Of a stretch of DNA of 64,000 nt, positions 28,063-36,349 are shown in pieces. Position 1 is the first letter of the stretch. Every line of letters begins with the position of its first letter. The DNA is taken from contig CAVQFQ010000010.1 of NCBI GenBank assembly GCA_963711835.1, positions 128,001 through 192,000 of the forward strand. Reading direction: 5' to 3'. Position numbers and translations under genes: made by a program. Under the pieces are notes generated by a model. It did not search any database, was not told the origin of the DNA, and saw only the letters and a list, made by a program, of their open reading frames with translations. The DNA comes from an uncultured delta proteobacterium (GTDB lineage: Bacteria; Desulfobacterota; RBG-13-43-22).

Positions 28063-29486
28063 ATGGACTGCTCCTTATCCCTGAGGCCTATTTCTTCCTG
28101 GTAGCCGGCGTTTTTTTCATTTTTTCCATGTTCTTTCCCTCCAACCCCCGCCGGGACTTCCGGACCGCCTTTTTCCTGACGGCGGGAGGGCTGGTGGTCA
28201 GCCTTGGGGCTGTACGATTCGAAGGCTCTCTTTTTTCTCAGGTCATTCGGGTGGATTTTTTTTCCCAAGTTTTTAAAGTCATGCTGGCCGGTGGGGTCTT
28301 CCTGATCGTCTGCCTTAGCTCCGAATTGAACGGCATTGAAAGGCGGCGTCATTCTGAATTTTATTTTCTCCTCAGCCTCTGTACCTTGGCCCTGATGCTG
28401 CTGGTGAGCAGCGTCGAGCTGCTCACCATCTATCTCGCCCTGGAGCTGGCCAGCTATTGCCTCTATCTGCTGGTTCCCTTAAGGAAGGGATATGGCATTC
28501 ATTTCGAAGCGGGCCTGAAATATTTCCTGATCGGGGCGGCGACTTCGGCGGTCACGATTTTCGGACTGGCTTCGCTCTACGGCGCCACGGGGACCACCTA
28601 TGTGCCGGACCTCCGTCGGGTGCTTCCCGGCCTGATGGGGTCACCCCTGGCCTTCATCGGCCTGATTTTTACCCTAAGCGGCTTTTTTTTCAAGCTGGCC
28701 CTCTTTCCTTTCCATGTCTGGGCGCCGGGTGTTTATCAGGGGGCGGCCAACCAGGTGACGGCTTACATCGCCACTGCGAGCAAAGTGGCGGCAATAGCCA
28801 TCCTGCTGCGCATGGTCTCCTTGAGCGGGGGCGGCAGCAGGCCGCTGGTCCACATCCTGGCCGTGCTGGCCATTGCCTCCATGACCCTGGGCAATCTGGT
28901 GGCCATGGTTCAAAAGGACCTCAAGAGGCTGCTGGGATATTCAGCCATTGCCCAGGCCGGGTATGTGCTGATCGGCATCCTCAGCTTTAATGAGAGCGGC
29001 TATGCCGGGGCCATCTTTTATGCCCTGGCCTATCTGGTGATGAACTTTCTCTGTTTTCTGGTGGTGGTAAAGGTGGCCCCCGATGGCAGCAATCTGCAGA
29101 TTGCCCAGTTGGCGGGATTGCATCGCCGATCGCCTCTTTTGGCCATGGCGCTGATGCTCGGGGTTTTCAGCCTCGGAGGAATCCCCCCCACCATCGGCTT
29201 CACCGGCAAATTCCTGGTCTTTACCGCGGCCATGAAAAATGGTTATTTCTATCTGGTGTTGATCGGCATGATTAACGTGGCCGTTTCTTTGTATTACTAT
29301 GCCCTGATAGTGAAGGCGGCCTATTTCCTTGAGCCCGATGAAGATCTGCCCCGGATTTCCTTATCCTTGGCGACCCAACTGCTCACATCGGCCCTGATCG
29401 TTATCGTAGTCGGCGGAGGACTTTTCCCCGGTTATCTCTATGAACTCGCCGGAGCGGCCGCCCGTTACCTGATACCCGGCAACTGA
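28059..29486 (+). CDS. nuoN: NADH-quinone oxidoreductase subunit N
   Basis: EAGLKYF, FKLALFPFHVWAP.VYQGA, KRLLGYS, GIPPTIGF.GK. Confidence 0.93.
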   Translation: MNGLLLIPEAYFFLVAGVFFIFSMFFPSNPRRDFRTAFFLTAGGLVVSLGAVRFEGSLFSQVIRVDFFSQVFKVMLAGGVFLIVCLSSELNGIERRRHSEFYFLLSLCTLALMLLVSSVELLTIYLALELASYCLYLLVPLRKGYGIHFEAGLKYFLIGAATSAVTIFGLASLYGATGTTYVPDLRRVLPGLMGSPLAFIGLIFTLSGFFFKLALFPFHVWAPGVYQGAANQVTAYIATASKVAAIAILLRMVSLSGGGSRPLVHILAVLAIASMTLGNLVAMVQKDLKRLLGYSAIAQAGYVLIGILSFNESGYAGAIFYALAYLVMNFLCFLVVVKVAPDGSNLQIAQLAGLHRRSPLLAMALMLGVFSLGGIPPTIGFTGKFLVFTAAMKNGYFYLVLIGMINVAVSLYYYALIVKAAYFLEPDEDLPRISLSLATQLLTSALIVIVVGGGLFPGYLYELAGAAARYLIPGN

Positions 29487-29642
29487 GGAAAGGGAATTGA
29501 TTCATTCGAGCCTGTTCCAGCAAACCTTTGCAAAAAAGCGAGGAGATTAGCCGGGTTGCGGGTTAAGACCAGCCTCCCATCCACGACCATCAAAAAGGTA
29601 TACGAAGGAGGGCGCCAGAGATCAAAAAACGGGCCAGAAGAA

Positions 29643-29816
29643 ATGGAAAAAGAAAAAGTGGAAGCTTTATGCCGGGAGTGCGGACATGGATTCAAGGTGT
29701 TCGTGGATCGGGTCGTCGGGAAGGATGATCAAAAGAGTGCCCTGGCTGAAACGATCCCCTGCCCGGTCTGCGGTTGTGGAAGCTGGTGCGTAATCCAAAA
29801 CCCGATCGGTTCTTAA
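29643..29816 (+). CDS. Small Cys-rich (zinc-ribbon-like) protein
   Basis: CREC and CPVCGCGSWC motifs. Confidence 0.55.
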   Translation: MEKEKVEALCRECGHGFKVFVDRVVGKDDQKSALAETIPCPVCGCGSWCVIQNPIGS

Positions 29817-29885
29817 CCGGCGGCTTAAAAAGGGTGGAATGGACCGCTTTATGAAGCCTTAATCCTTATCCGATTAGGAGGATGA

Positions 29886-30227
29886 ATGATGTTCGAACTC
29901 ATACGAAAGAGTTTCCTGGCGAGCCTCGGGGCCGCGGCGGTGACCAGGGAAAAGGTTGAATCCGTCACCAAGAGGTTGGTGGATGAGAATAAGCTCTCCC
30001 GGGAAGAAGCGGAACGATTGGCCAATGAATTGGTTGACAGCGGCCAAAAACAATGGGATGAATTTCAATCGAAGATTTCCGAGACGATCAGGAAAGGACT
30101 GGAAAGTCTGGATCTGATCACCCGGCCTGAATTTGAGAAACTAACCAGGCAGGTCAAAGAGATGGAGGCACGGCTCGCGGCATTGGAGTGCAAGACATCC
30201 CCTGCACCGGAAACACCCGCCACTTAA
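29886..30227 (+). CDS. Phasin-like coiled-coil protein
   Basis: RKSFLASLGAAAVTREK..LV..LS.EEA pattern; RBS AGGAGG. Confidence 0.7.
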   Translation: MMFELIRKSFLASLGAAAVTREKVESVTKRLVDENKLSREEAERLANELVDSGQKQWDEFQSKISETIRKGLESLDLITRPEFEKLTRQVKEMEARLAALECKTSPAPETPAT

Positions 30228-30274
30228 ACCGAACGGAAGGAAGGGAGGGAGCGTGGCAAACCCTTCCTCTTAAA

Positions 30275-30868
30275 TCAAAGGAAATTCCCAAGCTCTTCCT
30301 TCAATCCTTCCGGATCCCGGAAAAGGATGGTCCTCCACCCTTTTGAGGAGGCCCTTTTTATATTCTCGGAATTGTCGTCAACAAATAGAATCTCTTCCGG
30401 GTCGATACCCAGGATCTTGGAGACATCAAGGAAAAGGGAAGGGTCATTTTTCCCTTTATGAAGGCGAAAAGAATTGAAGACCGGATCGAAGTATCGCAAA
30501 AAATGATATTTTTGGTCCAGTTCCTCCAGCCAATCGGTCTGGTCGCTCAGGATCCCTACAACGAAGCCTCTCTTTCTCAGGTCCTGAACCATTGCGATCA
30601 GTTCAGGCCGCAAAATGAAGCGATCCAGTATTTCCTGGCGTAATTCGGCATCCTCCGTCTCAAAACCGGCTTCCTCCCTCAAAGCTTTCCAGTAGGCCCT
30701 TTCATCCGCCTGACCGGTAACATAGCCGGTCGAATAAACCAGGTCCCGGGCCAGGGCAAAAAAATGATCGGGATCGAGCCCCTGTCTTCGGGCGATGGCC
30801 TGGAGTCCGTTCTTGAAACCTTCCTCGGCCAGGACCCCTCCAAAATCAAAAAGTATCGCCTTTATCAT
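30275..30868 (-). CDS. HAD-superfamily phosphatase
   Basis: FDFGGVL, LSD, K, FVDD motifs. Confidence 0.9.
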   Translation of the reverse strand: MIKAILFDFGGVLAEEGFKNGLQAIARRQGLDPDHFFALARDLVYSTGYVTGQADERAYWKALREEAGFETEDAELRQEILDRFILRPELIAMVQDLRKRGFVVGILSDQTDWLEELDQKYHFLRYFDPVFNSFRLHKGKNDPSLFLDVSKILGIDPEEILFVDDNSENIKRASSKGWRTILFRDPEGLKEELGNFL

Positions 30869-31041
30869 TAGGCCCTCGCAGCCTACTTAAATAATTTCTA
30901 ATGATAGGATTCATCTTATCTTAATCCATCTCTAAAATACAGACTTCCTCTAAATATACAGGATAACCCTTATTTACTTATTCCGCCTCTCAGGTAAAAA
31001 TTAAGCCCTAATTTAAATTTCATCAAGAAGGAGAATAGGCC

Positions 31042-31215
31042 ATGGCCAAGCCGTTAAACCCGATCCCGGAAGGCTACCATACCCTGACCCCCTATTTGAC
31101 CATCCATGACGGCGCCGGATCGATAGATTTCTATAAAAAGGCCTTCGGGGCCTCGGGAAACCATGGAAGCTGTCAAGAAGGCGGAAGTAACCTGAGCCGC
31201 AGGGGAACCCTTTAG
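31042..31215 (+). pseudogene. Truncated VOC/PhnB-type glyoxalase family gene
   Basis: RBS AGGAG; MAKPLNPIPEGYHTLTPYL...IDFYKKAFGA matches the family N-terminus, then similarity ends and a stop follows at 57 codons. Confidence 0.7.
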
Positions 31216-31245
31216 GTAACGGCTATTGAGTTCAACAATTTCCAC

Positions 31246-31289
31246 AACCCCCCCGCCCCCCTTTTCAAAGCGAGGCAGGGGGGATTTTT
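31246..31289. repeat. C-rich/G-rich palindromic REP-like element
   Basis: CCCCCCCGCCCCCCTTTTCAAAGCGAGGCAGGGGGGATTTT imperfect hairpin. Confidence 0.45.
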
Positions 31290-31460
31290 AAGATCCTCTG
31301 TTTTTACCAGGTCCGGCGAGTTCAACCGACTCTCTGTCACAATAAGTCGTGAGCTGCATAATTTCCTCCTTAAATTATTTGATAAATGCCCCGAAAAATG
31401 ATCTAATCTCTCCTAATTTTAAATCGGCAAAGAGGATTCTGATTTATCCTGGACTGATCC

Positions 31461-34424
31461 ATGTTTGAGCTCAAACGCCGCGACTTTTTGAAGATAATAG
31501 GTTTGGCCGGAACAGGCAGCGTCCTGGGCTGTTCTCCGGAAACCCCTAAGACCCTCATTCCTTACATCATCCCTCCCGAAGACATTATCCCGGGCGAGGC
31601 TACCTGGTATGCCAGCACTTGCCGGGAGTGCCCGGCCGGCTGCGGCCTTCTGGCCAAGAACCGGGATGGACGGGTAATCAAAGTTGAGGGAAATCCCCTC
31701 CATCCGGTCAGCGGAGGAAAACTCTGTGCCCGCGGACAGGCCTCCCTCCAGGGACTCTATAATCCCGATCGATTCCGGGGTCCTTTGAGGCAGGAAGGGA
31801 AGGGGAAATGGGGGCCTGTCTCCTGGAAACGGGGTGAAGAAATCCTGGTTCAAGCCCTTAATGATCTGGTCCGTAAGGGGAAGGGGGAAAGGATCGTTTT
31901 CATCAGCGAGCTGATGAACGGAAGCCTAAAGTATTTGGCCGCCCACTGGCTTTCGGAAATGGGATCCCCGGGACCTCTGCTCTATGAATCGTACGCCTAT
32001 GAGCCTCTGCGGGAGGCCAATCGGATCGTCTTCCAATTTGACGGCCTTCCCCACTACCGGATCGATCAGGCCGATTTTCTTATTTCCTTCGGGGCCGGTT
32101 TCTTAGAGACCTGGATTTCCAATGTAGATTTTGCCCGCCAATTCGCCGCCTTTCACACCCTGAAAAAGGAAGGCAAAAATCCCTTCGTCTTCGTGGGGCC
32201 GAGGCTTTCCCTGACGGCCAACAATGCCGACCAATGGATCCCGGTCCCTCCCGGAGCGGAGTACCTGGTCGGTCTCGGCCTGCTCCGGGTCATTTTGGAT
32301 GAGGGATTATCCCGGCATCTGCCTGCCGGTCTAAAGACGGCCCTGGGCAAGGTCCTTCAAGCCTTTCCCCTGGAGAAGATTGTCCAGAAGACCGGGGTCC
32401 GGAGGGAGGTGATCCAAGATCTGGCCCGAAGGTTCATCAGGGCCGAAAGACCCCTGGCCCTGGCTGAAGGGTTGGGGCTCTCCGGCCCACATTCGACCGA
32501 GGCCGCCCTTGCGGCTAATCTCCTCTGCCTGATGAAGCCGGAGACCCAACTGGCGATCGATTTCAACAGCAAATCTGCCTACGGCCAGGCCGCACCTTTG
32601 GCCAGGATGAAAGAACTTTCAGAGAAAATGAAAAGGGGAGAGGTCGATCTTTTACTGATCAATCAGGCTAACCCGGTCTTCTCCCTTCCCTTTTCAAAGG
32701 ACTTCCAGCAGGGTCTTGAAAAGGTTCGCCTGATAGTCAGTTTCTCCAGCTTTCGGGACGAGACCAGCAGCTTGGCCCACCTGATCCTCCCCAGTCATAC
32801 CTTCCTTGAATCCTGGGGAGACTATTCCCCCCGTGAAGGGGTCTGGGGGCTGATGCAGCCGGTCATGGGCCCGGTTTTCCAGACCCGACATTTAGGGGAT
32901 GTGCTTCTTGCCACCGGGAACAGGATCATGGGTCCGGATAAATTCCCCTGGAAGGATTTTTACCAGGTCCTGCGGGAGGCCTGGGCCCAAAGGGGAAAAG
33001 CCTCTGAACCGGATCAACCCCCGGAAACCTTCTGGCAGAAGGCCATGGAAAAGGGAGGGGACTGGAAAAACCCGAAGCCTGGATCACCTCTTTCTTCTTT
33101 GAGGGATCTGTCTTTTTCCTTTCCTGATCCTGAATCCCAACCAAAGGCAGGCGGGAGGCTGACCTTGACGGTATATCCCACAATCCAGTTCTTCGACGGC
33201 CGGGAGGCCAACCGGCCCTGGATCCAGGAACTGCCGGATCCCCTGACCCAGATCACCTGGGACGGCTGGGCGGAGATCCACCCGGAAACAGCCAGGGCCA
33301 TGGATATCAAAAAGGGGGATGTCCTTATCGTTCGATCCCCTTATGCCGGTCTGGAGGTGCCGGTCTATCCCATTTACACCGTTCCTCCCGGGACATTGGC
33401 CATGCCCATCGGTCAGGGGCACTGGAATTACGGCAGGTATGCCGACGGGCGGCCGGCCAACCCTTTTTCCCTGTTTCCTCCTGAAGTCGATCCATCCTCG
33501 GGAGGATTTTCCAGGCCGGCCATCGAGGTCAGCCTTCAAAAGTCAGGCAGGCAGATCCCCCTGGCCCATGTGGATGGGAGTTTCTTCCAGCACGGCCGGC
33601 AGCTGATGCGGGTCATAACCCTGAAGGACTATCAGGATTCCTTCAAATCCGGAGCCCCTCCGCCCATCGATCTGCCTTTGGCCCAAGGTTTCGACCCCAA
33701 GAAGGATTTCTATCCGCCGCACCATCACAAGGACTACCGCTGGGGCATGGTCGTGGACCTGGACCGCTGCATCGGCTGTTCGGCCTGCGTAGTCGCCTGT
33801 TATGCCGAAAACAACGTGGCGGTCGTGGAAAAGAAACAGGTCCTCAAAGGCCGGGAGATGTCCTGGCTCCGAATCCAGCGCTACTTTGATGAAAAAGAAG
33901 CCATAGCCCGCTGGCTGCCCATGCTCTGCCAGCACTGCGACTATGCCCCGTGCGAATCGGTCTGTCCGGTTTTTGCGCCCTTTCACAATCCGGAAGGGCT
34001 TAACACCCAGGTTTACAACCGTTGCATCGGCACCCGTTTTTGTTTGCAAAACGACCCTTACAAGGTCCGCCGTTTCAATTGGTTCAATTATACCCGGGCC
34101 AAGCCCCTGGACTGGCAGCTTAATCCCGATGTAACGGTCCGGCAGAAAGGGGTCATGGAGAAGTGCTCTTTCTGCGTCCAGCGGATCATCGCAGCCAAGC
34201 TCCGGGCCAGGGAAGAAGGGCGAAAGGTCCGAGACGGGGAATTTACCACGGCCTGCGCCCAGACCTGTCCGACCGATACCCTGATTTTCGGAAACCTGCT
34301 CGACCCGACCAGCCGCGTTTCCCGGTTGATCCAGGATACTCGGCGGTACCAGGTCCTGGGCCACCTGAATACCAAGCCGGCGGTTATTTACCTGAAGCGG
34401 GTAACCCAAACCTTGGAAGCCTGA
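31461..34424 (+). CDS. actB: Alternative complex III subunit B (molybdopterin-oxidoreductase-like domain plus four-cluster Fe-S domain)
   Basis: Tat motif KRRDFLK with lipobox VLGC; CRECPAGC; CIGCSACVVAC, CQHC..APC..VCP, CIGTRFC, CSFC..CAQTCP. Confidence 0.88.
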   Translation: MFELKRRDFLKIIGLAGTGSVLGCSPETPKTLIPYIIPPEDIIPGEATWYASTCRECPAGCGLLAKNRDGRVIKVEGNPLHPVSGGKLCARGQASLQGLYNPDRFRGPLRQEGKGKWGPVSWKRGEEILVQALNDLVRKGKGERIVFISELMNGSLKYLAAHWLSEMGSPGPLLYESYAYEPLREANRIVFQFDGLPHYRIDQADFLISFGAGFLETWISNVDFARQFAAFHTLKKEGKNPFVFVGPRLSLTANNADQWIPVPPGAEYLVGLGLLRVILDEGLSRHLPAGLKTALGKVLQAFPLEKIVQKTGVRREVIQDLARRFIRAERPLALAEGLGLSGPHSTEAALAANLLCLMKPETQLAIDFNSKSAYGQAAPLARMKELSEKMKRGEVDLLLINQANPVFSLPFSKDFQQGLEKVRLIVSFSSFRDETSSLAHLILPSHTFLESWGDYSPREGVWGLMQPVMGPVFQTRHLGDVLLATGNRIMGPDKFPWKDFYQVLREAWAQRGKASEPDQPPETFWQKAMEKGGDWKNPKPGSPLSSLRDLSFSFPDPESQPKAGGRLTLTVYPTIQFFDGREANRPWIQELPDPLTQITWDGWAEIHPETARAMDIKKGDVLIVRSPYAGLEVPVYPIYTVPPGTLAMPIGQGHWNYGRYADGRPANPFSLFPPEVDPSSGGFSRPAIEVSLQKSGRQIPLAHVDGSFFQHGRQLMRVITLKDYQDSFKSGAPPPIDLPLAQGFDPKKDFYPPHHHKDYRWGMVVDLDRCIGCSACVVACYAENNVAVVEKKQVLKGREMSWLRIQRYFDEKEAIARWLPMLCQHCDYAPCESVCPVFAPFHNPEGLNTQVYNRCIGTRFCLQNDPYKVRRFNWFNYTRAKPLDWQLNPDVTVRQKGVMEKCSFCVQRIIAAKLRAREEGRKVRDGEFTTACAQTCPTDTLIFGNLLDPTSRVSRLIQDTRRYQVLGHLNTKPAVIYLKRVTQTLEA

Positions 34425-34498
34425 TAAAGATCGTGGTGCCCATCTTGTAGCGGCACCATGAGGTATGGAAATCGGTTTCGCTGAATGGTTTTTTCTTT

Positions 34499-35827
34499 AT
34501 GAAAGATCTTAATTACAGCACGGTCAACCAGGAAATCATCCGGGCCATGTCCCCGCCGGGAAGGCTCTATCCCTTCATCATAGCCTTCTGGTTTATGGGC
34601 ATACTGGTGGGGGCTTCCTGCTGGACCTATCAGATTTTCATGGGCTTGGGTGTCGAAGGACCAAATCATCCCATCGCCTGGGGCACCTACCTGGTCAACT
34701 TCGTCTTCTTTGTCGGGATTGCCCATTCGGGCACCCTGATCTCGGCCATCCTCTACTTATTCCGGGCCCGCTGGCGGACGGCCATATCCCGGAGCGCCGA
34801 GGCCATGACCGTTTTCGCCGTTATGGTGGCCGGCCTTTTCCCTTTTATTCACCTGGGCCGGCTCTGGGTGGTTTACTGGATCCTGCCCTATCCCAACCAG
34901 CGCAATCTCTGGCCCGATTTCCAATCCCCCCTGGTTTTTGATGTGATCGCCATTTCCACCTATCTTATGGTCAGCACCCTTTTCTGGTTTACCGGCCTCA
35001 TCCCCGATCTGGCAACCATACGCGACCAGTCCCAGGGTCTCCGGCGCAAACTCTACGGCTTTTTCTCGTTAAACTGGACCGGCACTCACCAGCAATGGCG
35101 TCATCACGGCGGGACGGTCCTCCTCCTGGCCGCCCTGGCCACCCCCCTGGTCATCTCCGTCCACAGCGTGGTCTCCTGGGATTTCGCCCTGTCCATTTTA
35201 CCGGGCTGGCACAGCACCATCTTCGCTCCCTATTTTGTGGCCGGGGCCATCCATTCCGGCCTGGCCATGGTGCTTATCCTTTTGATCCCTCTGCGGCGCC
35301 TTTATAGATTCGAGAACATCATCACCCTGGACACCCTGGAAAATATCGCCAAGACCATCATCCTGACCGGCCTGATCATGAGCTATTCCTATCTGACCGA
35401 ACATTTCATCGCCTGGTACAGCGGCAATATTACCGAACGGGACACCTTTTACTGGCGCATGGTCGGATATTACAAAGAGTGGTTCTGGCTGATGATCTTC
35501 TGCAATTCAGTGGCCCCGCTTTTCTACTTTTTTAAAAAAGTTCGCACCCACACCAAGGCCTTGTACCTGATCGCCGTCCTGATCGTCATCGGCATGTGGT
35601 ACGAACGGTATGTCATCATCATCGGTTCACCGGCCCATGCCTATGATCCCTATATCTGGAGGCTCTACCAGGGTCCGACCTGGGTGGAATACGGGATCCT
35701 CTTCGGGGCCTTCAGTATCTTTTTTTTCTTTTTCTTTTTGTTTTCCAAGTTTCTCCCGACCGTATCCATCGCCGACCTGAAGGAAGAGATCGGCCCTCCC
35801 CTCCGAGGCGGGAAGAGCGGTCCATAA
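34499..35827 (+). CDS. actC: Alternative complex III subunit C (NrfD/PsrC family)
   Basis: NFVFFVGIAHSGTLISA, R.AEAMT, HLGR, SPLVFD, SVHSVVSWDFA, GWHSTIF. Confidence 0.92.
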   Translation: MKDLNYSTVNQEIIRAMSPPGRLYPFIIAFWFMGILVGASCWTYQIFMGLGVEGPNHPIAWGTYLVNFVFFVGIAHSGTLISAILYLFRARWRTAISRSAEAMTVFAVMVAGLFPFIHLGRLWVVYWILPYPNQRNLWPDFQSPLVFDVIAISTYLMVSTLFWFTGLIPDLATIRDQSQGLRRKLYGFFSLNWTGTHQQWRHHGGTVLLLAALATPLVISVHSVVSWDFALSILPGWHSTIFAPYFVAGAIHSGLAMVLILLIPLRRLYRFENIITLDTLENIAKTIILTGLIMSYSYLTEHFIAWYSGNITERDTFYWRMVGYYKEWFWLMIFCNSVAPLFYFFKKVRTHTKALYLIAVLIVIGMWYERYVIIIGSPAHAYDPYIWRLYQGPTWVEYGILFGAFSIFFFFFFLFSKFLPTVSIADLKEEIGPPLRGGKSGP

Positions 35828-35842
35828 GGCGGAGAAGAGGCT

Positions 35843-36349
35843 ATGACCCGACAATCCCTAATGGGAATATTTATCTATCTGGATGATCTCTTGACGGCTT
35901 TGAAGGCCCTGAAAGACCTTGGTCTGGATGTTACCGTTTTTGCCCCCTCAGCCAGCCGGGAGATCAGGGAAGCCCTGAAAGAGAAGCCCAGCCCGGTCCG
36001 ATATTTTACCCTTGGCGGAGGACTCCTCGGCCTGGTCTCCGGGTTTGCCCTGGCCGTCTACACGGCCGTCCAGTGGAAGTTGGTCGTCAGCGGTAAGCCG
36101 GTTACGGCCTGGATCCCCTTTGCGATCATCGGGTTTGAATTTCTGATCCTGTTCGGGGTTCTCTTCTCTTTCGCCGGGCTGCTCATCCATAGCCGGCTGC
36201 CGCGAATGGGGCTGCCCGCCCATTATGATCCGCGTTTTTCCAATGACCGTTTCGGCCTCCTGGTCTATTCCGACCCGGAAGAAAGAGAAAAGATCGGAAG
36301 GCTTCTCAGGGAGGCCGGGGCCGAGGAGATCCATGAATCCGCGGGATGA
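35843..36349 (+). CDS. actD: Alternative complex III subunit D (DUF3341)
   Basis: Two TM helices, VSGKP, FEFLILF, YDPRFSNDRF, GAEEI. Confidence 0.85.
   Translation: MTRQSLMGIFIYLDDLLTALKALKDLGLDVTVFAPSASREIREALKEKPSPVRYFTLGGGLLGLVSGFALAVYTAVQWKLVVSGKPVTAWIPFAIIGFEFLILFGVLFSFAGLLIHSRLPRMGLPAHYDPRFSNDRFGLLVYSDPEEREKIGRLLREAGAEEIHESAG

Noticed and set aside
31375-31415. FNR box upstream of actB
   Set aside because: Only half-sites (TTGAT, ATGAT) with no correctly spaced ATCAA.
31461-34424. Catalytic molybdoenzyme such as polysulfide or nitrate reductase
   Set aside because: Fusion to the four-cluster domain and the neighbouring actC/D/F/A genes indicate ACIII ActB.
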